64,000 bases of DNA from the sequence record MW845759.1; one strand, given 5' to 3'. The translations under genes were made by a program, and so were the position numbers. This document shows, in pieces, positions 46,263 through 56,380 of the stretch (its first letter is position 1; every line of letters starts with the position of its first letter). The notes below the pieces were generated by a model. The model ran no database searches and was not told the origin of the DNA. It saw only the letters and a list, made by a program, of their open reading frames with translations.

Positions 46263-49178
46263 CTGGTCGTGACGGTTGTAGCTAATCACCACATCGTCTT
46301 TCAGACCGATGCTACCGTCCGGTTCGATTTCCAGCTTCTTACCGAGGGTGGCACGGGCCGCCGGACTGAGTACCGTAAAGATACGCATGTCTTTGTCGAC
46401 ACCCATTCCTTCCATCTCCGCGGTGATAATCGACGCTTTCAGTGCACTCTTCAACTCTTCGGTCAAGTCGGAGGTGGACACGGTCATGTTCGACGCTAAC
46501 CAGTTGGTAATTACCGAACGGGTCTGCTCACGGATTGCTTTGATAAGGTCGCTGTTCTGACGGCTCGCGGCAGTGAGGTAGTAATTCACACTGAAGCGGT
46601 TCTCGGCTTTGATCGGTGCAACGGTGCCGTCGCCTAAACGCGCATCGATGTAGCCCATCGTGGTTTGTGGGATATAGTAACCGGTAGTACGCTCCAGCAA
46701 TTCTTTCTGAATCTTTGGCACGACTTCGGTAACTTGTTCCACCACGTAGGCAGCAACGCTCTCACGGTAGGCCCTGACTTCCTTCGTGGTCGAGAACAGA
46801 TAGCGCGCATCGAAGACCCCCATCTCACAACGGAAGCGGACTTTGCGCGGCTCAGCGATTATCGACTTCCCGTACGCGTCCTTCACCAATGAACCGGCTT
46901 TAAAGCGAATCTTCTGCTCACCAGTCAGCTCATCAATCACCGGGTCACCTTTACGGTGTTTGTACTGGAAGATTATCGGCGGGTCTTGCGTTTCGTCGAT
47001 GGTGTACAATGGCACCCCGCCGGCATCACGCTCCAACACATCCTGATCCCATACCGCTTTCACGTCCTGTGAATAACGCAGGTAGTTGATGGAGTCCGTC
47101 ACCGGTCGCGACTTACACCAATACGCAGTCAAGGCTTTCCCCAAGACCAGTTCCAGTGTTTCGTGAGTCACGCCAATAGCGTCGCGAGTTGGCGGAGTAA
47201 TCAACGTATCCAGCTCAGCACGCTCGTAATCCCGAGGGAAGTAGTTCGAGCAGCCGTAGAACACGTTCATGTCCACGTTCAACGCCATCGGCAGCAGCAA
47301 GGTGTTGTCGCCGACCTTGAAGTTCGTCATGATCATCTCATCGTTACGGTCAACGTCAAGATTGGTTGCTAAGTCGAACTCAAAGACACGTTCATCATCC
47401 AGATAGCCAACCAACGTCCCGTTCACATACGCACGGTCCGCGGCATAGCCTCGTGGGACAAAGGAGATTTGCGCCCAACACTGGTCATCTGCCAACGCTT
47501 TATACGCAACCGATGAACGGGTGATAACCCGTAGCTTATAGCCCTCTTCGGTACGCACCACTTCGTAATTACCGGTGACCACTTGTAGCTCGGTTTTGGA
47601 GTTGGTGGTCATAAAGCGCTTGGAGGCAATCTCCGGCTTCGCCAGATGGTAGACACGCACGCTTAACGCATCGTTGTTACGGTCCGCCACGTAATGGAAC
47701 GGTGTGTAGTAGTAACTGGCCGCATTGGCGGCGGCCACCAAGTCACGGTTGGTCAGAAAGCGTTGCCCTTCGGTCATGGTCGGGTCAACGACTAAGCCTG
47801 TTCCGTCACTGCGGTAAATGGTTTCCGGCAGGATGGTTGCACGGTTGCCATTAAAGCGCACGGTGGACAGGTTTTCGAGTTCTTCCCAACTGAAGTATAG
47901 CGGGGCAGACAGCGTACCAATCGGCGAGCTGACTTCCTTCAGAGTCGACTCGGGCATCGACGAGGACAAGTGATACGTACGGGACGTCACAAAGTCAATC
48001 GGCTTTGTCAGGCTCAGACCATACAGCGCATCGGCAGCAGACTCGAGCTGCACTTCACTGATAGGGGCCTTACGGGCACCGATGGAGTTCGAGATAACCC
48101 GTTCACGGAACTCTTCCAGTGACAACGGGTTACGTCCACCGACAGTGACCGCCTGGGAGATGACACGGCGCACAGAGAGCGATTTAAACGGGTTAGAGTA
48201 GTTCTCATCCGTCTCTTCGTTCAAGTCTGCCATGTACAGCTGGAAGTCGTCTGCCAGATAGTTACCGAGGTCTAACGACAACGGCCCTAACGTAGTGTAA
48301 ACGTCCACGCGGATATCGCCGGTCACCAGTCCTGAGTTAATGTAGACCTCAGGAATCTTCACCGCTAAGACATTCGACCCCAGTTCCATCACCGCGGTCG
48401 GTACCGACGGGTCATAGACTTCTTTCGAAAACGTTTGCGCCAGCTCTTTCCACTTATTGCCGGTTGCACTGTTACGCATCCATGCACGGGCATAGAAGAA
48501 CTTGTTACTGAACGGGTAGGTACGCTTCCAACCGGTGTCAGGGAGGATAACGTCCGTGGCGGTGGTGATCGAATACTGCATCATCGGGATTTTGATACGC
48601 AGCAAGTTCGTGCCACCGTCCGAGGTGGTCAAGTCCCAGTCCAAGGCGTTGGTGTCCACTTCTTTCACCGGGTTATCCGGCTCAGTGACCCACAACACCT
48701 CAAACGAGTCAAACGGCAGTACCTGTATCTCGATAGCGTACTGCATCGTGAAGGTATAGCCCGCAACTTTAACGTACGAGTCCCGAGGAATGATAATCCG
48801 ACGCGTCCCCGCAGTCTCGAGCGGCATGGCTTTGGTGCGTAAGGAGTCCACGTCCACGTACAGCAGCATGTGGGTGGTTGACGGCTGCGCAAAGATATCT
48901 ACCGCGTCCCGGTCCGACATGTGGCGGTACAAGTCTTCCCACGTGGTGGCCATCGACGGATACATCTTCGGTAATAACTGCCGCATCCCTTCAATGGACG
49001 AATGACCTAACATGACACCCATTTCAGCAATAAACGCGACCGGGTCAGTAGGGTCAGCTAAGGTCATCCCCGGCTTATTGACGGACTGGCGTAACGTGTT
49101 TAACGACAGCATCTGCATCAATGCGGGGTTGTGTGCCACGGTGAGCACTTTACCTGCGAGGTCCTGAATCGTTTGCAT
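46254..49178 (-). CDS. Large baseplate wedge-like structural protein (974 aa; phiKZ gp87-like position)
   Basis: GGRNPLSLEEFRERV resembles the baseplate-J/gp6 signature; beta-rich repeats. Confidence 0.65.
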   Translation of the reverse strand: MQTIQDLAGKVLTVAHNPALMQMLSLNTLRQSVNKPGMTLADPTDPVAFIAEMGVMLGHSSIEGMRQLLPKMYPSMATTWEDLYRHMSDRDAVDIFAQPSTTHMLLYVDVDSLRTKAMPLETAGTRRIIIPRDSYVKVAGYTFTMQYAIEIQVLPFDSFEVLWVTEPDNPVKEVDTNALDWDLTTSDGGTNLLRIKIPMMQYSITTATDVILPDTGWKRTYPFSNKFFYARAWMRNSATGNKWKELAQTFSKEVYDPSVPTAVMELGSNVLAVKIPEVYINSGLVTGDIRVDVYTTLGPLSLDLGNYLADDFQLYMADLNEETDENYSNPFKSLSVRRVISQAVTVGGRNPLSLEEFRERVISNSIGARKAPISEVQLESAADALYGLSLTKPIDFVTSRTYHLSSSMPESTLKEVSSPIGTLSAPLYFSWEELENLSTVRFNGNRATILPETIYRSDGTGLVVDPTMTEGQRFLTNRDLVAAANAASYYYTPFHYVADRNNDALSVRVYHLAKPEIASKRFMTTNSKTELQVVTGNYEVVRTEEGYKLRVITRSSVAYKALADDQCWAQISFVPRGYAADRAYVNGTLVGYLDDERVFEFDLATNLDVDRNDEMIMTNFKVGDNTLLLPMALNVDMNVFYGCSNYFPRDYERAELDTLITPPTRDAIGVTHETLELVLGKALTAYWCKSRPVTDSINYLRYSQDVKAVWDQDVLERDAGGVPLYTIDETQDPPIIFQYKHRKGDPVIDELTGEQKIRFKAGSLVKDAYGKSIIAEPRKVRFRCEMGVFDARYLFSTTKEVRAYRESVAAYVVEQVTEVVPKIQKELLERTTGYYIPQTTMGYIDARLGDGTVAPIKAENRFSVNYYLTAASRQNSDLIKAIREQTRSVITNWLASNMTVSTSDLTEELKSALKASIITAEMEGMGVDKDMRIFTVLSPAARATLGKKLEIEPDGSIGLKDDVVISYNRHDQKK

Positions 49179-50398
49179 TATAAAAGCCCTGCTTGTTTCA
49201 GCACGTATTCATAGTCGGTCTGATAGACCCACCACGACAACTGCCGACGAATGGTATCGATACGAGGGTAGCCGTAATAGTTAAACAGCGGCAACTCGTG
49301 CATTTCCAACTTACGTAAGAAGCTCGCACCAATCGGCATGAACTCATCGTAGTTCGGGTCCGGAATCATGTCCGGGTTAAAGATGGCAACCGTACGGTTA
49401 AACATGTCCATGTACAGCGGGTCATCGTAACGTGCCCCAATCATCTGCCAGTTAATGGTGATGGTGACGTCGTCACTTAATTGCGGTTTGGTGTTATCGA
49501 CGCTCGCCATGGCCCCGGCGTTGTTGTTGGTCGGCCACATGATGCACCCACAGGTGAAGCGCTGGATGTTGCCCAGCGAATCGTAGTTGATAGTGTAGAT
49601 GCGTGACTGGTAATCGATACGGCGTTGAATGGAGTTAATGATGCGCGGTTTGAACCGGCCTTTACGGACCCCGGCCATGTATTCCAGCCACACGGTCATC
49701 ATTTTCATAATCGGGTTACCGACCATGTTGTTGAAGGTGGTGGAACCGGAGTAGGCGTAGTTCACTTCCCACGTCGAGTCAACAATCCCCCACTGTTCAC
49801 GTTCGATACCTTCATTGGATAACCAGCTGTCAACCGAGTTGTCGGGCGGACCTGAGAAGCTGACCAGTGACGAGCTGAGTAATGGTATGAAAGCCTGTAA
49901 ATTGTCAAACGGCACTTCCGGGCGAAACGGTTTACCCAACATGGGTTCATCGTTGGCAGCAAAGCCAAATGGGAACAAGGGGTCAAGAGCCGCAAGGATG
50001 GAATAGTCCAGCGACGCTGTGTCCTGCGCACACATATTCGCAAACCGGCGGGATTGTGAGATATTGTTGTAATCGAGGTTTAAATCGGGCCTTACGATAA
50101 ACGACACCCCGCCGTATTCGCGGTTCACGGGCAGTGGGTTGTTCGCCATCCTATGGTTGAACCCCATTAAGGGGTTAGTGAGCCGCTGAGCTGCTATCCC
50201 CATGCCCTTAGATAACCCGATACGGTTTTTCCACGTGGTCAATTCATCGTTGAGATTGTACGGAGTTACCGGGTTAGTGGTAGACGTACGACTTTCTAAG
50301 TAACTCGCGAGAGACGGAATCTCTGCCCCTTCACCTGTGGCATCCGAGGTTTCTTTTCTTAACGCTTCAATCTCTGCCTGTTGTTTATAATCGGCCAT
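49178..50398 (-). CDS. Virion structural protein, tube-like/baseplate (406 aa)
   Basis: TAATG-coupled to the wedge gene; beta-rich. Confidence 0.6.
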   Translation of the reverse strand: MADYKQQAEIEALRKETSDATGEGAEIPSLASYLESRTSTTNPVTPYNLNDELTTWKNRIGLSKGMGIAAQRLTNPLMGFNHRMANNPLPVNREYGGVSFIVRPDLNLDYNNISQSRRFANMCAQDTASLDYSILAALDPLFPFGFAANDEPMLGKPFRPEVPFDNLQAFIPLLSSSLVSFSGPPDNSVDSWLSNEGIEREQWGIVDSTWEVNYAYSGSTTFNNMVGNPIMKMMTVWLEYMAGVRKGRFKPRIINSIQRRIDYQSRIYTINYDSLGNIQRFTCGCIMWPTNNNAGAMASVDNTKPQLSDDVTITINWQMIGARYDDPLYMDMFNRTVAIFNPDMIPDPNYDEFMPIGASFLRKLEMHELPLFNYYGYPRIDTIRRQLSWWVYQTDYEYVLKQAGLL

Positions 50399-50422
50399 TT
50401 TTCAACTCCGGAGTTAAAAATG
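50396..50422. promoter_or_regulatory. Palindromic shared ribosome-binding region of divergent genes
   Basis: CATTTTT(C)AACTCC|GGAGTTAAAAATG; GGAG reads on both strands. Confidence 0.7.
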
Positions 50423-51568
50423 AAAAAAGATGTTGAGACAACACTTGTCTCTTTCTTAACCAAGTTCCCTGATTTCATCAGGCAGCGCCATGATAGCCTC
50501 GAAGAGTTCAATGCGCAGCTGTATAACGAATATCTGACCATGGTCGAACAATCGTTGTCCTCGCTGGACTATCTGCCGGGCATTCTGGACACTATTCAGG
50601 TTCTGCTCGCGGGCAACCAGTTAACGGCAATATCACTGCTGGTTGGTGTGCCTGATGTCGATATCGTGGGGACGCTGGATAAGATTTCTACTAAGCGCTC
50701 ACCGCTTGACGCGGCCGCTCGTACCGGTTCACGCTTAGGTGCAGCTTTCGCCGCTGGTGAATCGACCCGTCTGGGACTGCCGTCATACGATAAACTCATC
50801 CCTGCGGTTGAGTCTGTTCGTGGCGTGCGCCGCGTTGCTCGTGAATCTACCGAGAACGTGGAAGACATCCTGCTGAACGGCGATAAAACCGCGAACATGG
50901 GTATCGGTAAAGACGCACTGAAACAGATTAACGACATGGACAAGCTGTCCACCGGTAAGATGTTCTCCTGTGTGTTTGAGCGTGACGGTAATAAAGCAGA
51001 ACTGATGCTGCGCCTGCGTCTGGCCGTTAAGTCTGCCCCGACTGCTGCCATGCGCACCTTTATCGCCTTCAGCGACCAAACCAAAACCTTCTCCGAGCGC
51101 TGGATTAAAGCAAGCGTCGGTCAGCTGGGTTATGCCAAAGACATCTTCTTCTCCAACGACCTGATTGACGAGTACCGTAAAAATCGCTATCGCGATAAGA
51201 CCGGTTACTACAAGCAGCTCATGGAACGTCGTAACGGCAACTGGCTGTCTGGTCTGTTGAGCTTCTCCCCTTCTATCAACAACGCCTCCGCGGTCATGAT
51301 TGTGTCCCGTGACACGCTCGACAGCCTGCAGGCCGAGATGGGTGGGGATTTCGACGACTACAATGTGCGTAAGCGCGTGTTCGAAGATACGCTGACTGTG
51401 TACTTCGTGGTTATCGATACCCAGTGGAACCGCGTGGTGATTTATACCCGTGGCATGGACGGTTCTATGGAACTGGACAAATCGGACTTCGTGAAATCCA
51501 AGTCTGGCGGCTCGAACGTCAACTCGATTATCGAAGCGTATCGTTCTGGCGCACAACCGACACTGTAA
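50420..51568 (+). CDS. Virion head protein with internal AxES sites
   Basis: AGES, AVES and ARES; start at ATG 50420. Confidence 0.75.
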   Translation: MKKDVETTLVSFLTKFPDFIRQRHDSLEEFNAQLYNEYLTMVEQSLSSLDYLPGILDTIQVLLAGNQLTAISLLVGVPDVDIVGTLDKISTKRSPLDAAARTGSRLGAAFAAGESTRLGLPSYDKLIPAVESVRGVRRVARESTENVEDILLNGDKTANMGIGKDALKQINDMDKLSTGKMFSCVFERDGNKAELMLRLRLAVKSAPTAAMRTFIAFSDQTKTFSERWIKASVGQLGYAKDIFFSNDLIDEYRKNRYRDKTGYYKQLMERRNGNWLSGLLSFSPSINNASAVMIVSRDTLDSLQAEMGGDFDDYNVRKRVFEDTLTVYFVVIDTQWNRVVIYTRGMDGSMELDKSDFVKSKSGGSNVNSIIEAYRSGAQPTL

Positions 51569-51578
51569 GGGCGGTGAA

Positions 51579-52499
51579 ATGAACATTACCAATGTATTAG
51601 GTACGATGCTGCCGAGCTTTGAAAGCTCGCAGTTGAAAGACAGTGTGCGTGATAACGCAAACGCCATCACCAACGATTTGCTGCCGCAGTATCAAACACT
51701 GCGCGAAGTCATCGGCACCAACTTCAAATCTGCCGACGTCAAAAAGATGTCGAAAGAGATTACCGGGTATCTGCACGACACGAAACTCGAACTGAAGAGC
51801 CTGCACAATCCGACCATGGTCGATTACATTATCGAAGTCATGAAAAACATCGGTACGCTGCAGGGCTTCCTTATCGAACGTATCGATGCGGACATCGGCA
51901 AAAAGGTGATGACAGCCCAGCTGTCATTTAACAAACAAACGCTGCTGCACCTGATTGACCTGATTGAGTTCTACGGTCAGTACACCGCGACGTTGATTAA
52001 CTGGCTGACGCACGAAGAGCTGCAGGCCGTTGACACCAACATCAAAACGCAGGGTGTGGCGCCAACCGATCTGAAATACCTGCAGATGCGTATGGCGACC
52101 TTCGGGGTGGCGACGCGTATTCTCGGTACGCCGGTCAACAAACTGAAAGCGGACTACGGCGAAATTCCGGACGCCATGTTCACAGAAGAAACCTTCTATG
52201 AGCTGACCCGCGCGTTTGGCCAGGACAAGACAGACCCGATGGGAATGTCCTCTGTACCGTTCCCGCTGTCAGTTATCTACCGCATCCGTATGAACATCGC
52301 AGAACGTCAGATGGACCATCTGGACGAGCTGAATGCGGCTGCGAAGGCCACTGAGCTGCGTCTGATGCTTTACCGTCGTCAAGCCGCTGACGGTACAGGC
52401 GATGCGTACACTGAAGACCTCATCGAAGCACAAGAGAAACGTTTAAACGATCTCAAGTACAAACGTGAGCGTCTGGAGAAGAAGTATGGATTACAGTAA
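51579..52499 (+). CDS. Virion head protein (306 aa)
   Basis: Head module; C-terminal coiled coil. Confidence 0.75.
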   Translation: MNITNVLGTMLPSFESSQLKDSVRDNANAITNDLLPQYQTLREVIGTNFKSADVKKMSKEITGYLHDTKLELKSLHNPTMVDYIIEVMKNIGTLQGFLIERIDADIGKKVMTAQLSFNKQTLLHLIDLIEFYGQYTATLINWLTHEELQAVDTNIKTQGVAPTDLKYLQMRMATFGVATRILGTPVNKLKADYGEIPDAMFTEETFYELTRAFGQDKTDPMGMSSVPFPLSVIYRIRMNIAERQMDHLDELNAAAKATELRLMLYRRQAADGTGDAYTEDLIEAQEKRLNDLKYKRERLEKKYGLQ

Positions 52500-53028
52500 A
52501 GCAGTCCGCGTGATTGACGATTATATGGATAAGCTGCAGAAGCATCCCATCATGGTGCATGATGACGAGGTTATCCATAACGTTTTAGCCGCTGCTGCCG
52601 TTGTTCTTCCGCGCTTCAAGCTGATGTGTGTTGAAACAGTCCAGCGCGTATTATATGACGACTTCAAACAGTTAGGGTATACGTTCAATGCGTTTTATAA
52701 TGAAACCATTGCATTCGTCCTTGACGGTAAACGTCGTCAGTCAGGAACAGGCAGCTACGCGTCGATTATTCAGGCTTACCTGAATGACATCACCAGCACC
52801 GTTCACGCCGACGATTTCGGCAGTTTGGGTGCGGCGATTTTAAACTCGACGTTTGGCCGGTCAGGAACGGTACGTTCAATGGGTCCGATGGATCGCTCAA
52901 TAGAGCCGGACACTCGCGCATTATCTTATGCAGACCACGAATTACTGGCACAATGGATTACGCGTGTAAACGGTCTTTCCGACATGGTTACATCGTTATC
53001 CGTTTTCTTGAAGATCGCACGTCCCTAA
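52486..53028 (+). CDS. Putative virion protein (MDYSKAV...)
   Basis: GGAGAAG SD before ATG 52486. Confidence 0.7.
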   Translation: MDYSKAVRVIDDYMDKLQKHPIMVHDDEVIHNVLAAAAVVLPRFKLMCVETVQRVLYDDFKQLGYTFNAFYNETIAFVLDGKRRQSGTGSYASIIQAYLNDITSTVHADDFGSLGAAILNSTFGRSGTVRSMGPMDRSIEPDTRALSYADHELLAQWITRVNGLSDMVTSLSVFLKIARP

Positions 53029-53087
53029 GGGGGCCCCTTTCTAGGGGCGTGTAGTTTACTTTGGTTAACCAAACAGGAACCACAAAT

Positions 53088-54383
53088 ATGAACTTTATGC
53101 AAAAACGGGCAGCTCGTGAGTCTATTGAAGACGGCGCTACCGACGCAGGTATCAGCAACATCTCTACCGGCGAAGACAACCTGGACGTACAGCTGGCCGA
53201 AGTTGCTCCGCTGGACCAACAGATGGATCAGCTGGCTGGCGACGGTGAAGTTCTGGCTGCCGATACCGAACGTACCGAAGCTGCGATCGACAACGCTTCT
53301 GAAGCGCTGGCCGCAGGCGAAGAGCTGCCGGAAGAAGAGCTGGCTCCAGCAATCGTTGCGGGTGAAAGCATCCGTAAGCGCTGGAAACTGGAAACCCCGC
53401 AGGTTGCACGTGAAAGCTTCCGCCGTGGCCGTGGTCTGACCCGTTCCGCCTGCGAAGGCTGGAAAGAGAACCTGAAAAAGCTGTGGCAGGCATTCATCGA
53501 AATGGTGAAAACTGTTATCCGCAAAGCGAAAGAGCTGAAGCTGAAATATTTCAACGTCGGTAAATCTGCGGTTAAGCGTGCCAAAGCGTACGAAGAGAAA
53601 CTCAAAAAGCTGGGCAGCAAAAAGCAGAAAGACGAAATCTCTGGTAGCTTCGTTGACAAACTGTCGGTCGAAGGCAAATTCGATCCTGAGCAGTCTGCTT
53701 CTATCGCCAAAGACGCGACCTCTGGCAAAGCCAAAGGCGCGATCAGCAAACTGTCAGCACAGGCTGATAAAGCTGCGCTGTTCGTTGTATCTGCTTCTGA
53801 CGGCGGTGATGCCTCCTTCTCCGATCCAGCTGGCGCGGGCGTTGAGCTGTTCGGTACTGCTGGCACCAAACTGCGCGTTCTGCCGCAGTTCGACGATGCT
53901 ACCGGTATCGACAAAATGCAGACCATCATGGCTCTGCCGGGCAACGCCTACATCCAGACCGCCTCTAAAACTCTGGCGATCAAAGACGGCGAAGCAGTCC
54001 TGCAGGTTGTTGCGTTTACCACTACTGGTGATGCGAACGATGAGAAAAACGTTCCGACTCCAGACGCGGGCAAACTGCGCTCTGCAAACTCCAGCCTGAA
54101 AGTAATCGGCGAAAGCTTCGAGAAAGTCCTGAAAGACTTCGATGCTTACGACCGTGAGCTGGAAAAACTGGAGAAGGCCGCAGACAAAGCGTCTAAAGCG
54201 TTCGATAAAGCGACCGAAGACGGTGACCGTACTCTGCTGTCTAACGCACGTACCATCGCTGATCAGGCGGTTCGTAACTACCAGGCTCTGAACCGTGGCG
54301 TACAGCACGTAGGTCGTACTGTTATCGCTGGCCTGTCTGGTTACATCGGTGCCGGTATCGGCGCATACGGCAACAGCAAGTAA
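53088..54383 (+). CDS. High-copy internal head protein, paralogue 1 (SPN3US gp53 / phiKZ gp93 family)
   Basis: Starts MNFMQKRAARESI; acidic propeptide; repeated AxE(S); strong codon bias. Confidence 0.8.
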   Translation: MNFMQKRAARESIEDGATDAGISNISTGEDNLDVQLAEVAPLDQQMDQLAGDGEVLAADTERTEAAIDNASEALAAGEELPEEELAPAIVAGESIRKRWKLETPQVARESFRRGRGLTRSACEGWKENLKKLWQAFIEMVKTVIRKAKELKLKYFNVGKSAVKRAKAYEEKLKKLGSKKQKDEISGSFVDKLSVEGKFDPEQSASIAKDATSGKAKGAISKLSAQADKAALFVVSASDGGDASFSDPAGAGVELFGTAGTKLRVLPQFDDATGIDKMQTIMALPGNAYIQTASKTLAIKDGEAVLQVVAFTTTGDANDEKNVPTPDAGKLRSANSSLKVIGESFEKVLKDFDAYDRELEKLEKAADKASKAFDKATEDGDRTLLSNARTIADQAVRNYQALNRGVQHVGRTVIAGLSGYIGAGIGAYGNSK

Positions 54384-54454
54384 TTGCTGCGCTGTTAAGA
54401 TAACCGTCCAACTTCATTAATGAGGGGCCATGTGGCCCCTTAGAGGAATCGATA

Positions 54455-55723
54455 ATGAACTTTATGCAACAACGTGCTGCGCGCGAATCTATCGCTGACG
54501 ACATCATCCTGGTTGACGCAGTTGACCTGCCTCAGGATTCTGTTGAAGGTATCCTGGCCGACGTACAGTCTGACACCAAACAGATCGACAGCCTCGACGC
54601 TGACGGTCAGCTGATGGCAGAAGATGGTGACGAAACCGAAGCACAGCTGTCTGTGCTGGACGAAGCTCAGGCTGCGGCCGACGGCGAAACTCCAGAAGAC
54701 GGTTCTGATCCAATGGAAGCGGACGAAGACATGAGCGAAGATGCTGCGGAAGCAGTTGAAGTGGCTCAGGAGTCTATCCGTCGTCGCTGGTTCCCGAACA
54801 AGCCTTCCGTCGCACGCGAAAGCTTCGGTGCTCAACACCGTCGTACCGCGGTTCGTGAAAGCCTGTGGGATACCATCAAGCAGTTCCTGAAGAATGCGAT
54901 CGAGTGGCTGAAAGCCCAGTATCGTAAACTGAAAGATCGCTGGCTGAAATTCAGCAACAAAGGCAAATCCATCCAGAAAAAATCCAAAGCTTTCGATGCT
55001 GCGATCCGTAAACTGGGCGCGAAGAAGAAAGACGAAGTTTCTGGCGCGTTTGTCAAGCAGCTGTCTCTGGGCAAAGCGTTCAAAGGTAACGACACTGGTG
55101 TGCTGAGCCACGAGCTGGGCCGTGTGACCGGCTTCCAGGCATTCCAGACTGGCGTGCTGGACGAAGTGACTAAACTGGTTGACTCCGTTGCCGGCGCTGG
55201 CTCTAATGCGGTTGCTGTTACCGCGATCATGGATCAGGTCAGTAAAGAAGCTGAGAATGCAACCACTGACAACTCTTCCATCATCGGTGGTAAGTTCGTC
55301 AAGGTTGAGAACTCTGAGTCTGACGCTGAAATGGCAACCGTTTCTCTGATCGACGACGAAGCCGAAGCTGAGTCCGAAGTTCCGACCCCGACCATTCAGC
55401 AGCTGAACTCCATCAACACCTTCTTCAACAAGCTGGGCATCGAAATCGAGAAGCGCGTTAAAGCGTACCACTCGAACGAACAGAAAGCTGAAAAATACCG
55501 TACTGGTATTGAAAAGGTTCTGCGTAAAGTCGACAACATCAAAGTTGGCGAAGACAAAGAGCTGACCGAAGCTGTGCGTCAGCTGCGTGTGGCGGTCAAC
55601 GGTTGTAACTCTATGGTTTCCTTCGTTGAGCGTGTTTCTGCGCACATCCTGTCTACCCTGACTGCCGGCACCAACGGCTATCTGGCTGCAGGTATCGCTG
55701 CGTACGACAAATCCAAAAGCTAA
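54455..55723 (+). CDS. High-copy internal head protein, paralogue 2 (SPN3US gp54-like)
   Basis: Starts MNFMQQRAARESI; collinear with paralogue 1 through the C-terminal GYxxAGIxAY. Confidence 0.8.
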   Translation: MNFMQQRAARESIADDIILVDAVDLPQDSVEGILADVQSDTKQIDSLDADGQLMAEDGDETEAQLSVLDEAQAAADGETPEDGSDPMEADEDMSEDAAEAVEVAQESIRRRWFPNKPSVARESFGAQHRRTAVRESLWDTIKQFLKNAIEWLKAQYRKLKDRWLKFSNKGKSIQKKSKAFDAAIRKLGAKKKDEVSGAFVKQLSLGKAFKGNDTGVLSHELGRVTGFQAFQTGVLDEVTKLVDSVAGAGSNAVAVTAIMDQVSKEAENATTDNSSIIGGKFVKVENSESDAEMATVSLIDDEAEAESEVPTPTIQQLNSINTFFNKLGIEIEKRVKAYHSNEQKAEKYRTGIEKVLRKVDNIKVGEDKELTEAVRQLRVAVNGCNSMVSFVERVSAHILSTLTAGTNGYLAAGIAAYDKSKS

Positions 55724-55747
55724 TCATTGATTGGCCGATGGTGAGTA

Positions 55748-55787
55748 AAGGGGCCTTCGGGCCCCTTTTCTTTTTTTTAATTTTTTT
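55748..55787 (+). terminator. Rho-independent terminator
   Basis: AAGGGGCC-TTCG-GGCCCCTT followed by a long T-tract. Confidence 0.92.
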
Positions 55788-55790
55788 ACG

Positions 55791-55810
55791 GATATATGTC
55801 ATCGTAGTGA
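55791..55810 (+). promoter_or_regulatory. Putative early promoter
   Basis: GATATATGTCATCGTAGTGA. Confidence 0.6.
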
Positions 55811-55855
55811 GCATTCAACCGTTATTACTCTTAATCTCTAACTGAGGAATCATTC

Positions 55856-56380
55856 ATGACCGTTCGTCAATCTAAAGCTCGTAAAGAAAAACTGTCCCTG
55901 CACGTACTGGATATCGCTAACGCGTATACCGATGCCAATAATCAAACCGTGTTAGAGTTTGATGGTAAGCATGCCCGTGAAGTGCGCGTTACTAAAGAAA
56001 CCGCCCATGCCATTCTCGGCTGGTTGTCTGGTTGGATTGAAGACGGCTATCAGGTTAACCTCGAATTCAACGACGTGATTCTCGACGCGTCCCGCCCGAA
56101 AAGCAAACGCACTGATAAGCACGAAGAGCGCCTGCGTGAAATCATGGCGGTCATTAACACCACGACGCAGATCAACATCGACACGGGCAGCTTCGCCTGC
56201 TATTTCTCGGTAGGTGACACCGATAAAGAGATGGAACCAGAAGTGGTGCATCGTCTCTTAATCGATACCGAATCCCGTATCGACTTTACCGAAGAGATGG
56301 CGTACCTGTACGTTATTAAGCCGGTGCGTCAGGCATTCCTGTCCCAGTACACCCGTGCGCCAATTGAAGAGGAAGCATAA
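55856..56380 (+). CDS. Hypothetical protein (174 aa)
   Basis: GAGGA SD; downstream of the early-type promoter. Confidence 0.85.
   Translation: MTVRQSKARKEKLSLHVLDIANAYTDANNQTVLEFDGKHAREVRVTKETAHAILGWLSGWIEDGYQVNLEFNDVILDASRPKSKRTDKHEERLREIMAVINTTTQINIDTGSFACYFSVGDTDKEMEPEVVHRLLIDTESRIDFTEEMAYLYVIKPVRQAFLSQYTRAPIEEEA

Noticed and set aside
50783-51673. 296-aa antisense ORF, and similar ones at 11752-12591, 15196-15909 and 53228-53944
   Set aside because: All lie opposite genes with clear motifs or codon bias and have no independent signals.
54440-55645. 401-aa antisense ORF over head paralogue 2
   Set aside because: Codon-bias shadow of a highly expressed gene; the translation is the typical F/V/D-rich mirror.
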